From NCBI GenBank assembly GCA_016867115.1, contig VGKG01000005.1, positions 1 through 61,250 of the forward strand: DNA of 61,250 nt. The letters are read 5' to 3'. A model generated the notes under the pieces. It did no database searches. It was not told where the DNA came from and was given only the letters and a program-made list of their open reading frames with translations. This DNA comes from Candidatus Omnitrophota bacterium. Lineage in GTDB: Bacteria; Omnitrophota; Gorgyraeia; Gygaellales; Profunditerraquicolaceae. Positions within the stretch are counted from its first letter, which is position 1, and each line of letters opens with the position of its first letter. A program made the translations under genes and the position numbers. Shown here in pieces: positions 26,378 to 35,672 of the stretch.

Positions 26378-27648
26378 AACCCCAGCAGGAAAGCCGGAAT
26401 GATCTCGTTACGCACCAGGTCATCCCAGGTATCCCTTTTCCTGATCACGAATGACTCACTTCCCACCACCAGCACCTCTTCGGCCCTCCTGCGGGAATTG
26501 TAATTGGAGGACATGCTGAATCCGTAGGCGCCGGCGCTCATCACCGCAAGGTATTCGCCTTCTCTGACCTTAGGCATGAGCCTTGCCTTGGCCAGAAAAT
26601 CCCCGCTCTCGCATATCGGACCTACAATATCAACCTTCTCTTGTGACCCGGTGACCCGGTGACCCGGTGACTTTAGCGGAACAATACTATGAAATGCTGC
26701 GTACAAAGACGGCCGGATAAGGTCATTCATCCCTGCATCCACGATCACGAACTTTTTCAGGGGGGTCTTTTTAATATATAAGACCTTAGTCACCAGGATC
26801 CCGGCATTACCAGAGATGAACCTGCCCGGCTCCATAATGATCTTAAGCCCGCGTTTTTTTAAGAGCGGCAGTACCTTTGCCGCAAACTTATCCGCAGTCT
26901 GGGGGGTCTCCTTATCATAGACTATTCCTAAGCCTCCGCCGATATTCAGATATTCCAGGACTATCCCTTCCTTGCGCAGCCTTCCGATAAAATCCACCAT
27001 CTTGCCGATGGCAGCCACGTAAGGGGCGCTTTCGGTGATCTGGGAGCCGATATGAATATGTAATCCCGATATCTTTACATTTGAGAGGGCCTTACGCACA
27101 AGAAAGATCTGCTGGGCGCTCTTAAAGTCTATGCCGAACTTATTGGTGAGCTTTCCGGTAGTGATGTACTTGTGGGTCTTAGGCTCCACATCCGGATTTA
27201 TGCGCAGCGCCACCTGTGCTGTGACCTTAAGCTTCCTGGCGATGCGGTTGATATTCTCAAGTTCAGGCACGCTCTCCACATTAAAGAAAAGGATCCGCTG
27301 CCTGAGCGCCTCTTCTATCTCCTTGTCGGTCTTGCCTACAGAAGCATAGACGATCCGGTTTGCGGGGCATCCCGCCTTTATAGCCCTTGAGAGCTCCCCT
27401 CCCGAAACAATATCCAGGCCCGCACCCTTATCCACGAGGCTGCGTAGGATTGCAAGGTTAGAATTCGCCTTCACCGAATAACAGATGAGCGGGTCTACGG
27501 AATGAAAGGCCTTCTTTAGTTTCAGGAAGTGGTCGACCAGCGTCTGATAACTGTAGACGTAAAGCGGGGTGCCGTACTTGCGCGCCAGGTCTTCGACTCT
27601 TACCTTTTCGCAATAAAGGTTTTTTCCCGTAAACTTAAACTCATGCAT
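26374..27648 (-). CDS. lysA: Diaminopimelate decarboxylase
   Basis: YSVKANSN carries the PLP lysine, with GGGLGI and the CESGD motif also present. Confidence 0.93.
   Translation of the reverse strand: MHEFKFTGKNLYCEKVRVEDLARKYGTPLYVYSYQTLVDHFLKLKKAFHSVDPLICYSVKANSNLAILRSLVDKGAGLDIVSGGELSRAIKAGCPANRIVYASVGKTDKEIEEALRQRILFFNVESVPELENINRIARKLKVTAQVALRINPDVEPKTHKYITTGKLTNKFGIDFKSAQQIFLVRKALSNVKISGLHIHIGSQITESAPYVAAIGKMVDFIGRLRKEGIVLEYLNIGGGLGIVYDKETPQTADKFAAKVLPLLKKRGLKIIMEPGRFISGNAGILVTKVLYIKKTPLKKFVIVDAGMNDLIRPSLYAAFHSIVPLKSPGHRVTGSQEKVDIVGPICESGDFLAKARLMPKVREGEYLAVMSAGAYGFSMSSNYNSRRRAEEVLVVGSESFVIRKRDTWDDLVRNEIIPAFLLGL
26643..26674 (+). repeat. Four tandem GTGACNNN octamers inside lysA
   Basis: The units gtgacccg (three times) then gtgacttt encode KSPGHRVTGSQ. 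Confidence 0.9.
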
Positions 27649-27649
27649 T

Positions 27650-29032
27650 TTAACTGACCTTTAATTTTTTCTGCCAGCGCAGGATCTGTTTTTTCACCAG
27701 CTTCGGGCTTGTGCCGCCGGGCGAACTTTTAAGATTCACCGAGGCCTCAGCATTCAGAAATCCCTTAATCCCTGCATCGAACTTGGGCGAATATTTCTTC
27801 AGTTCCGCTTCGCTTAGCTCGGAGATCTTCCTGCCCTTATCCAGGCACACCCTGACCATCCGGCCTACGATATCGTGCGCCTGACGGTAGCTTAAGCCCT
27901 TCCTGATCAGATACTCCACCAGGTCCACGGAAAAGAGAGATTCATCATGCAGGCGGGAGAGGACCGCCTCTTTTTCGATCACGATATTCCCGAAAAGCGC
28001 GATAAAGATCTCTAAGATTGATTTGATCGTATCAATGGCGTTGAAGAGCGGCGGTTTATCCAGCTGCATGTCCCGGTTGTAAGAGAGCGGCAGCCCCTTA
28101 AGCAGGATTAAGACACTTGAGAGGTCGCCGTGGATCTTGCCCACCGAACCCCGGATGAGCTCTAAGACGTCCGGATTCTTCTTATGCGGCATGATGCTTG
28201 AGCCGGTGCAAAAAGAGAAATCTATGTCGATGAAATTGAACTCCCTCGTTGACCAAAGGATCAGGTCTTCGGCGATCCGCGAAAGGTGTACCGACAGGAT
28301 CGAAAGGTCAGCCAAAAGCTCAACGATGTAATCCCGGTCGCTGACGCTGTCAATGCTGTTTTGCGTCAGCCGCTTAAATCCTAATTCTTTCCTGACCATC
28401 TCCCGGTCAACGGGAAGGCTTGTCCCGGAAAGGGCGCAGGCGCCAAGCGGCATCTCATCTGAGCGCTCCTTTGCCGAGAGGAGCCGCGACTTATCCCTCT
28501 CCAGGCTCTCCACATAAGCCAGGAGATGGTGCGTAAGCACTACGCACTGGGCGACCTGCAGGTGCGTATAGCCGGGAATTATGACTTTAGAATTGCTCTT
28601 GGCGAACTTCAAGACCGCCCTCTGTAGCAGAGTGAGCAATTCCGCAAGATCCCCTATCTCTTCCCTGATGTACATCTTCACGTCCAGCGCGACCTGGTCG
28701 TTCCTTGAACGCGCAGTATGCAGTTTATCCGCTGCCTTGCCGATTTTTTTCGCAAGCACTTCCTGGATATTGGAATGGATATCTTCGGCCTTGGGGTCGT
28801 ACTTAAAGGCCCCTTTTAAGACATCCTGCAGAATAGACTTCAGGCCCCTGATGATCGACGCCGCATCCTTAGGCGCAATGATCTTCTTCCTGCCCAGCAT
28901 CCTGGCATGGGCAATACTGCCCAGGATGTCATACTTAGCCAGCCGCTGGTCATAAGCAATGCTTGAGGTGAACTTGTCTGTCAGCGCAGAGGTTTGTCTG
29001 GCAAACCTTGTACCCCAGAGTTTTTTAGGCAT
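27650..29032 (-). CDS. argH: Argininosuccinate lyase
   Basis: Has the LWGTRF start and the GSSIMPHKKNPD signature. Confidence 0.94.
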   Translation of the reverse strand: MPKKLWGTRFARQTSALTDKFTSSIAYDQRLAKYDILGSIAHARMLGRKKIIAPKDAASIIRGLKSILQDVLKGAFKYDPKAEDIHSNIQEVLAKKIGKAADKLHTARSRNDQVALDVKMYIREEIGDLAELLTLLQRAVLKFAKSNSKVIIPGYTHLQVAQCVVLTHHLLAYVESLERDKSRLLSAKERSDEMPLGACALSGTSLPVDREMVRKELGFKRLTQNSIDSVSDRDYIVELLADLSILSVHLSRIAEDLILWSTREFNFIDIDFSFCTGSSIMPHKKNPDVLELIRGSVGKIHGDLSSVLILLKGLPLSYNRDMQLDKPPLFNAIDTIKSILEIFIALFGNIVIEKEAVLSRLHDESLFSVDLVEYLIRKGLSYRQAHDIVGRMVRVCLDKGRKISELSEAELKKYSPKFDAGIKGFLNAEASVNLKSSPGGTSPKLVKKQILRWQKKLKVS

Positions 29033-29066
29033 GACGACCTTCCTTTTGCTTTACCCGGTCTACCTG

Positions 29067-29124
29067 GTCGGGACAGGCTCCTATGTCGGGCAATGAATAG
29101 CTTTGACGGAGTCTGTCCCGCGAC
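29067..29124. repeat. 58-bp REP-like palindromic element (GTCGGGACAGG arms, 26-nt loop) between argH and argG
   Basis: gtcgggacaggctcc (29067-29081) pairs with ggagtctgtcccgcgac (29108-29124). A second copy lies at 30327-30384. Confidence 0.8.
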
Positions 29125-29126
29125 AA

Positions 29127-30305
29127 TTATCGCTTGTAGGGCAGCCCCCAAATCCTGATAAAACCTTCGGCCAGTTTCTGGTCGAACTTGTCTTCCCTGC
29201 CGTAAGTGCTCAATTCCTTTTTGTAGAGCGAATGTACGGACTTTCTTGCGACCGGGACGCAATTGCCCTTAAAGAGCTTTAATTTCACCGAGCCGGTAAC
29301 CCTCTTCTGGGTAGACTCTACAAAAGCATCTAAAGCCGACTTCAAAGGAGTATACCAGAGCCCGTAATAGACTAACTCCGAATATTTAAGCGCGACACCC
29401 TCTTTAAAGTGCGCCAATTCCCGGTCAAGGACCAGGCACTCAAGCTCTCTGTGCGCGGCATGCAGGATAGTCGCTGCCGGAGCTTCATAGATCTCCCGCG
29501 ACTTGATTCCCACTAATCTATTCTCCACCATATCCGCCCGGCCCACGCCGTGATGGCCGCCGACCTCGTTCAGGTGGTTGATCAGGCTCTTTAGTTTATA
29601 GGCCCTGCCCTCGATCTTTTTCGGCACGCCCTTCTCAAAGGAGACCTCGATGTACTTAGGGTAACTGGCCTGATGCGTGGGGTTTTTGGTGATCAGGTAT
29701 GCGTCCTCCGGAGGTTCCTGCTCCAGGTTCTCCAAAACCCCTGCTTCTATGCTGATGCCCCAGATGTTGCGGTCGATGCTGTAAGGCTTCCTTTTTGTGA
29801 CATCTATAGGGATATTGTACATCAAGCAGTATTCGATCTCCTCTTCCCGGGATTTGAACTCCCAGGTCCTTACCGGAGCGATGATCTCTAATTTCGGATC
29901 CAGGATCCCCGCGGTCACCTCGAACCTTACCTGGTCATTTCCCTTACCGGTGCAGCCGTGGGCTATTGCGCCTGCCTTCTCCCTGTGCGCGATATCTACC
30001 AGGTATTTAGCGATCAAGGGCCTGCCCAGGGCAGTAGCCAGAAAATATTTGCCTTCGTATACCGCACCCGCCTTCAAAGCCGGAAGCACGAAATCTTCGA
30101 CGAACTCATCCTGCAGGTCCTTGATGTAGACCTTGGAGGCGCCGGCAGCCAGGGCCCTCTTTTCTATCGCGCCCAGGTCCTCCCCTCCCAGACCCTGGCC
30201 GAGATCCGCCACAAAACAGACTACTTCATAATCCTGCTCTCTTAACCACCGGACGATGCAGGACGTATCCAATCCTCCTGAATAAGCTAAGACTACTTTT
30301 TTCAC
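29127..30305 (-). CDS. argG: Argininosuccinate synthase
   Basis: VLAYSGGLDTS is the motif, and the length of 392 aa is typical. Confidence 0.94.
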   Translation of the reverse strand: MKKVVLAYSGGLDTSCIVRWLREQDYEVVCFVADLGQGLGGEDLGAIEKRALAAGASKVYIKDLQDEFVEDFVLPALKAGAVYEGKYFLATALGRPLIAKYLVDIAHREKAGAIAHGCTGKGNDQVRFEVTAGILDPKLEIIAPVRTWEFKSREEEIEYCLMYNIPIDVTKRKPYSIDRNIWGISIEAGVLENLEQEPPEDAYLITKNPTHQASYPKYIEVSFEKGVPKKIEGRAYKLKSLINHLNEVGGHHGVGRADMVENRLVGIKSREIYEAPAATILHAAHRELECLVLDRELAHFKEGVALKYSELVYYGLWYTPLKSALDAFVESTQKRVTGSVKLKLFKGNCVPVARKSVHSLYKKELSTYGREDKFDQKLAEGFIRIWGLPYKR

Positions 30306-30326
30306 TGATTCTCCTTCTTCTATCCG

Positions 30327-30384
30327 GTCGGGACAGGTCCCTCAGTAACGTAAGTAAAAACTTCGGCGGGATCTGTCCCGTGAC
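30327..30384. repeat. Second copy of the 58-bp GTCGGGACAGG palindromic element, between argG and argF
   Basis: gtcgggacaggtccc (30327-30341) pairs with gggatctgtcccgtgac (30368-30384) around a 26-nt loop. An extra half-arm ccggacagtccc lies at 30394-30405. Confidence 0.8.
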
Positions 30385-30411
30385 GCGGTGTTGCCGGACA
30401 GTCCCTAGTAC

Positions 30412-31326
30412 TTATTTTAGCAACTTTATCAAGATGGCCTTCTGCACGTGCATCCGGTTCTCTGCCTGGTCAAAGATCACGGAATTGGGGCTATCCATCA
30501 TTTCGTCGGTGATCTCTTCTCCCCGGTGCGCAGGCAGGCAATGCATGATCAAAGCCTTAGGATGAGCCAGCCTCGCCAGGTTCTTATTGATCTGAAATTC
30601 CCGGAAGATCTTCTTTCTCTCTTGCGCTTCCTTCTCCTGGCCCATGCTGGTCCAGACATCCGTGTAGACCACATGCGCGCCCCTGACCGCGTCAGTCGGG
30701 TTATCGAACACCTTCACCTCTGCCTGTTTAGTCCGCGCAATAGCCTTTGCCTCGCCTACCACCGCGCTATCCGGAGTGTATCCTGCAGGCGAGCCGACAT
30801 GCATATTCAGGCCCACTTTCGCCGCGGCATAAAGCAGGCTGTTACAGACGTTATTGCCGTCGCCGACAAAGGCCAGGGTCAGGCCTTTTAATCTCTTCAA
30901 TTTTTCCCTGACGGTGTAGATATCCGCAAGCGCCTGACAGGGATGTTCAAAATCCGACAGGGCATTGATCACCGGGATATCCGCCGCCCGGGCAAGCTCT
31001 GTGACGTTCTTATGCTCGAAGGTCCGAAAGACTATCGCCTGGACATAACGAGATAAAGTCTTGGCCACGTCCCGGATAGACTCTCTCACCCCGAGGTTGA
31101 TCTCCTGCGGCGCAAGATACAGAGAGTAGCCGCCCAGCTGATACATGCCTACCTGAAAAGAGACCCGCGTGCGGTTTGAGGGCTTCTGAAAAATGAGGGC
31201 AAGCGAATTTCCGGATAGGGTGCGGCTATACTTCTGCGCGTCTTTCTTCAGTTTATCCGTAAGGTCAAAGATCTCCTTGATCTCTTTTGCAGTCAAGTCT
31301 TTTATCGAAACCAGGTCTTTTTTCAT
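30412..31326 (-). CDS. argF: Ornithine carbamoyltransferase
   Basis: Has SNRTRVSF, GDGNNVCNSL and HCLPAHRGEE. Confidence 0.92.
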   Translation of the reverse strand: MKKDLVSIKDLTAKEIKEIFDLTDKLKKDAQKYSRTLSGNSLALIFQKPSNRTRVSFQVGMYQLGGYSLYLAPQEINLGVRESIRDVAKTLSRYVQAIVFRTFEHKNVTELARAADIPVINALSDFEHPCQALADIYTVREKLKRLKGLTLAFVGDGNNVCNSLLYAAAKVGLNMHVGSPAGYTPDSAVVGEAKAIARTKQAEVKVFDNPTDAVRGAHVVYTDVWTSMGQEKEAQERKKIFREFQINKNLARLAHPKALIMHCLPAHRGEEITDEMMDSPNSVIFDQAENRMHVQKAILIKLLK

Positions 31327-31340
31327 CTTTATTTCTTCTC

Positions 31341-32525
31341 CTAACTACTACCTGCAATCGAAAAAACCCCATCCAGGATATTAATTGCCCTGTCAATTTC
31401 CTTTTTGCTGATATTCAATGCCGGCATAAGCCTAAGGACGGTATCGTGCGTGCAATTGATCAAGAGCCCCTTCTTAAGGCAACCCTCCACAATAGGCTTT
31501 CCTTCTCTATTCAATTCTACTCCGGCCATCAACCCTATCCCCCGGACTTCCTTGATCGCGGGATATTTATTTTTCAGGCTATTAAGTCTCTGAAAAAGGT
31601 GCTCCGACTGCTTTGACGCATTGGCAAGGAGCTTCTCTTTCTGGATCGCCTCCAAAGTAGCCAGGGCTGCCCGGCAGATCACCGGCCCTCCGCCAAAAGT
31701 AGAGGCATGCATACCCGGCTGCAGGGTATCGGCGATCTCTTTCTTTACCGCCATCATGCCGACAGGCAATCCTCCTCCCAGGGCCTTGGCCAGAGTCACG
31801 ATATCGGGAGTGATGCCGTAATGCTGGTAGCAGAAATATTTCCCCGTCCTGCCCAGGCCTGTCTGCACCTCGTCTACGATCAAAAGCAGATTTTTCTCAT
31901 CGCAGAGCTTCCTTAAAGCCAGGACAAAGTCTTTGCCGGCGACGTTTATCCCGCCCTCGCCCTGGATCAGTTCCAGCATGATCGCTACGGTCTTATCGCT
32001 AAGGGCGCCTTTTACCGCTTCAATATCATTAAACTTCACGATCCTGAACCCCTCGGGAAGCGGCTCAAAACCCTGCTGATATTTCTTCTGTCCGGTCGCA
32101 GCCAATGCCGCAAGCGTGCGGCCGTGAAAAGAGTTTTCAAAAGTGATGATCTCGAACCTGCCCTTGCCGAACTTGCGGCTGAACTTTATCGCGCCTTCGT
32201 TCGCCTCCGCCCCGGAATTGCAGAAAAATACCTTAGCCGCAAATGTCCGGTAAGCGACTTCTTTCGCAAGCTTTGCCTGCGGGATATGATAATAATTGTT
32301 CGGGATAAAGATCAGTTTGGAGATCTGGTCGCGCACGGCAGCCGATACTTTCGGATGGCAATGGCCCAGGTTCCCCACCCCCCAGCCGGGGAAGAAATCC
32401 AAATACACATTCCCGTGAATATCCCAGAGCCGGCTCCCCTTGCCTTTGACAAAGACCAAAGGTACCTTGGTGTAAGTCGGCATGATGTAATCCTTGTAGC
32501 TTTCAAAAACCTCTTCTAATTTCAT
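31341..32525 (-). CDS. argD: Acetylornithine aminotransferase
   Basis: It is a class III aminotransferase (DEVQTGLGRTGK) within the arg cluster. Confidence 0.9.
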   Translation of the reverse strand: MKLEEVFESYKDYIMPTYTKVPLVFVKGKGSRLWDIHGNVYLDFFPGWGVGNLGHCHPKVSAAVRDQISKLIFIPNNYYHIPQAKLAKEVAYRTFAAKVFFCNSGAEANEGAIKFSRKFGKGRFEIITFENSFHGRTLAALAATGQKKYQQGFEPLPEGFRIVKFNDIEAVKGALSDKTVAIMLELIQGEGGINVAGKDFVLALRKLCDEKNLLLIVDEVQTGLGRTGKYFCYQHYGITPDIVTLAKALGGGLPVGMMAVKKEIADTLQPGMHASTFGGGPVICRAALATLEAIQKEKLLANASKQSEHLFQRLNSLKNKYPAIKEVRGIGLMAGVELNREGKPIVEGCLKKGLLINCTHDTVLRLMPALNISKKEIDRAINILDGVFSIAGSS

Positions 32526-32526
32526 G

Positions 32527-33381
32527 CTATTTTACTATCTCCGTCCCGACGCCCTGGTCCGTAAATATCTCAAGCAGCAGACCGTGAGGCGTGCGCGCGT
32601 CAATCACGTGCGTCTTCTTCACCCCTGCCTCAAGCGCGCCAATGCAGGCCTTTACTTTGGGGATCATCCCCTGCTGGATGATTTTATTCTCTATCAGGCC
32701 TTTAGCTTCCTGCGTAGTCAGGGTGGAAATAAACGAGTGCGGATCCTCGGCATTACGCATGATCCCCTTGACATTGGTCAGGAGCACCAGCTTCTCCGCA
32801 TCAAGCGCTGCGGCAATGGCAGAAGCCGCTTCATCGGCATTGACGTTGTAAGTTTTTTTGTCTTTTCCTCTGCCCATGGGCAGGACCACAATCACTTTGT
32901 CTTTCTTCAGTTCCTCGGTTAGCGGCTCTTTATTTATATCGATAATGTTTCCCACCAGGCCTAAGTCTATTTTGGCCTTCTTTTTTTCCGCCGCGATAAT
33001 GCTCTCTTTTGCGCCGTTTAAACCGGCGGCCCTGGCGCCCAGTTCCTGCAGTTCCGTGACGATGAGGTCATTGAGATTCTGCAATTCCTCCTCTACCAGC
33101 TTTAGCGTCTCCGGATCAGTGACCCGCATGCCTTCGACAAACTCCGTCTTTTTCCCTGTCTGGCGCATCCGGTCGCTGATATTCGGGCCTCCGCCGTGCA
33201 CGAGGACGGGCCTTAGCCCCGTGAAACTCAAAAAGACAATATCCTCCAGGACGTTCCTGCGGATCCGTTCGTCGCCCAGTATGCTTCCGCCGTATTTGAT
33301 CACGATGGTCTTCTTATGGAACCTTTTAATATAGGGAAGTGCTTCAATCAGCACATCCGCTTTTTTTATCGCCTCTTCCAT
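32527..33381 (-). CDS. argB: Acetylglutamate kinase
   Basis: Has KTIVIKYGGS and LVHGGGP. Confidence 0.93.
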   Translation of the reverse strand: MEEAIKKADVLIEALPYIKRFHKKTIVIKYGGSILGDERIRRNVLEDIVFLSFTGLRPVLVHGGGPNISDRMRQTGKKTEFVEGMRVTDPETLKLVEEELQNLNDLIVTELQELGARAAGLNGAKESIIAAEKKKAKIDLGLVGNIIDINKEPLTEELKKDKVIVVLPMGRGKDKKTYNVNADEAASAIAAALDAEKLVLLTNVKGIMRNAEDPHSFISTLTTQEAKGLIENKIIQQGMIPKVKACIGALEAGVKKTHVIDARTPHGLLLEIFTDQGVGTEIVK

Positions 33382-33391
33382 TTTTCCTCGC

Positions 33392-34528
33392 TTAATTGTA
33401 TGCTGCGTTTATCTTGATGTATTCGGGCGTCAGGTCCGAAGTAAAAATGAGCGCAGCGCAACTGCCCCTGCCTAAAGCAACCTCAACGTCGATCTCTCTC
33501 CTGCTTAAGGGGCTAAGCTTGATCTTCAGGTCTTTCTCTTTTACCCTTAGGCCGCTTGCGCCCACTGCCGCCACGATCCTGCCGAAGTTCGGATTCTCGC
33601 CGTACATCGCGGTCTTAAAGAGGTTGGAGTTTGCGATGTCCAGGGCTACTTTGCGCGCCTCGGCGTAGTCTTTCGCATCTTTGACCCTGATCCGTATAAA
33701 CTTGGAAGCGCCCTCGCCGTCCCTGACGATCAACTCAGATAACTTAAGGCAGACTGCTTCAAGCGCTCCTGTAAAAAGCTCCAGATCCCTGCCGGATGAG
33801 ATCAGCCTGTTTCCTGCGCAGGAATTGGCTAAAAGTATAACCGAATCATTGGTGCTCATGCAACCGTCTACCGTGATACAATTGAAAGATTTATCCACGC
33901 ATGATTCAAGGGCTTTTTTGAGGCTCGCCTGCGAAATACGGGCATCCGTAAAGATGAAGGTGAGCATCGTCGCCATATCCGGGGCGATCATACCCGCGCC
34001 TTTGGCCACACCGCAGATCGAAACCGTCTTAGAACCAAGAGCGAACTCCACGGTGACCTCTTTGGTAAAGAGGTCCGTGGTCAGGATCGCCCGCTTCGCC
34101 TGCTCAATGCCGCCGGCGGATAATTTTCCGGCCAGATGCGGTATCGCGCTCTTTATCTTTCCTAAATCCAGGGGTTTTGCGATGATACCGGTAGACGCGA
34201 CAAGGACCATTTCCGGCCTGATCTTTAATTTCCCGGCAGTGGCCTTTGCCATGGCTCTTGCGTCTTTTAGGCCCCGGGCGCCGGTGAAGCAATTGGCATT
34301 ACCGCTATTAGCGATGACCGCCTGAAAAGCGGAACCTTTGCGCAGGTGCTGCCTGCACAACTCCACGGGAGCAGCTGCCAGGGTGTTTGCAGTGAACATG
34401 CAGGCGCCTTTTGCCGGAACGGCAGAATAAAAAAGGGCCAGGTCCGGTTTACCTGATTTTTTGAGTCCGCAGCTTAATCCTGCCGCCTTAAAACCCGAAG
34501 GTAAAATCGCCTTATTATAGACTTTCAT
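33392..34528 (-). CDS. argJ: Bifunctional glutamate N-acetyltransferase / amino-acid acetyltransferase
   Basis: KGAGMIAPDMATMLTFIFTDA is the autoprocessing region. Confidence 0.92.
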   Translation of the reverse strand: MKVYNKAILPSGFKAAGLSCGLKKSGKPDLALFYSAVPAKGACMFTANTLAAAPVELCRQHLRKGSAFQAVIANSGNANCFTGARGLKDARAMAKATAGKLKIRPEMVLVASTGIIAKPLDLGKIKSAIPHLAGKLSAGGIEQAKRAILTTDLFTKEVTVEFALGSKTVSICGVAKGAGMIAPDMATMLTFIFTDARISQASLKKALESCVDKSFNCITVDGCMSTNDSVILLANSCAGNRLISSGRDLELFTGALEAVCLKLSELIVRDGEGASKFIRIRVKDAKDYAEARKVALDIANSNLFKTAMYGENPNFGRIVAAVGASGLRVKEKDLKIKLSPLSRREIDVEVALGRGSCAALIFTSDLTPEYIKINAAYN

Positions 34529-35547
34529 AAGAGCCCGAGCGTCTCGGAGAGGCCGTACATGATATTCATATTCTGGACTGCCTGCCCCGAAGCGCCCTTT
34601 AAAAGATTATCGATCCCTGCGACGACGATCACGGAACCCTCTTCTTCCTTTACGCAGATATCGCAGAAGTTAGACTTTAGCACGTCTTTAAGCCGCGGAA
34701 AATCCCCTTCCTGCCTGACCCTGACAAAAGGCTCACCCTTATAAAACTCCTTGTATAGATTTATCAATCCATGAGCTATGGGCTTTGAGCTATGGGCTTT
34801 TTTTACATACACCGTCGCCAGTATCCCCCTGTTTAAGGGCAGCAGATGCGGCACAAAGGTGACCTTCAAAGGTTTTCCGGAGGCGTTTGACAATTCCTGG
34901 TCGATCTCCGGAGCATGCTGATGCGCGTTCACCCTGTAGGCCTTGAAATCCTCGTTGACCTCGGAGAATAAAAATCCCTCTGCCAGCTTCCTCCCCGCGC
35001 CGGTGACGCCGGACTTGGCGTCGATGATGATCGAATCAGGCTCTATAGCCCCTGACGAAACCAGAGGGGCCAACGCCAGGATCGCCACCGTCGGATAGCA
35101 GCCGGGGTTTGCGACTAAAGCAGCGCCCTTGATCTTCTGCCTGTAGATCTCAGGCAACCCGTATACCGCATCCTTTACATGCGCCGTATCCGTATGCCTG
35201 ACGTTATAATGCTTCTCGTAAACGGCAATATCCTTGATGCGGTAATCGGCGCTAAGGTCTATTATCCTCTTGCCCGGCTTCAATAATTTAGGCACCATCT
35301 CCATCGAGACCGTATGCGGAAGGGCAAGGAATATCAGGTCTGATTTTGCGGCGATCTCTTCCGGGTCGGGAAGATTACAGGTCAGATCTAACCGGTTCAT
35401 GAATCTGGGGAAAAGGCCTGAGATATCTTGCGGCTTGTCGATCTTGGCCGAGACGTGGGTGATCTTTATTTCGGGATGCCCAAGGAGCAGGTCGATCAAT
35501 TCCTCGCCGGCATAACCGGTCGCTCCGACGATGCTTACGTTTATCAT
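34525..35547 (-). CDS. argC: N-acetyl-gamma-glutamyl-phosphate reductase
   Basis: Has VSIVGATGYAGEEL and NPGCYPT with the catalytic Cys. Confidence 0.93.
   Translation of the reverse strand: MINVSIVGATGYAGEELIDLLLGHPEIKITHVSAKIDKPQDISGLFPRFMNRLDLTCNLPDPEEIAAKSDLIFLALPHTVSMEMVPKLLKPGKRIIDLSADYRIKDIAVYEKHYNVRHTDTAHVKDAVYGLPEIYRQKIKGAALVANPGCYPTVAILALAPLVSSGAIEPDSIIIDAKSGVTGAGRKLAEGFLFSEVNEDFKAYRVNAHQHAPEIDQELSNASGKPLKVTFVPHLLPLNRGILATVYVKKAHSSKPIAHGLINLYKEFYKGEPFVRVRQEGDFPRLKDVLKSNFCDICVKEEEGSVIVVAGIDNLLKGASGQAVQNMNIMYGLSETLGLL
34773..34800 (+). repeat. Tandem 14-mer (gagctatgggcttt, two copies) inside argC
   Basis: Two perfect adjacent copies encode KAHSSKPIAHG. Confidence 0.85.
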
Positions 35548-35593
35548 CTTTCACCTCTGGTATAATCCTCAGGTATGCAAATAAATTATACCT

Positions 35594-35672
35594 GATTACA
35601 CAGATTTCAAAACAGATTACACAGATTAAAGTTTCTAATCTGTGTAATCTAAGCGCTTTAATCTATGTAATC
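35594..35672. repeat. GATTACACAGATT nested palindromic element (two direct plus two inverted arms) upstream of argC
   Basis: Arms lie at 35594-35606, 35615-35627, 35637-35649 (inverted) and 35660-35672 (inverted, 1 mismatch). The inner stem is 14 bp and perfect. A near-identical element lies at 60513-60587. Confidence 0.85.

Noticed and set aside
28981-29262. 93-aa minus-strand ORF spanning the argH-argG gap
   Set aside because: It reads through the REP-like palindrome and overlaps both argH and argG in other frames. Its product is Arg/Gly/Pro-rich and featureless.
35581-35592. Confident promoter call for the arg operon (TATAAT at 35585-35590 on the minus strand)
   Set aside because: The -10 hexamer is perfect, but I could not find an acceptable -35 at 16-18 nt. 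It is mentioned only in connection with the adjacent palindromic element.
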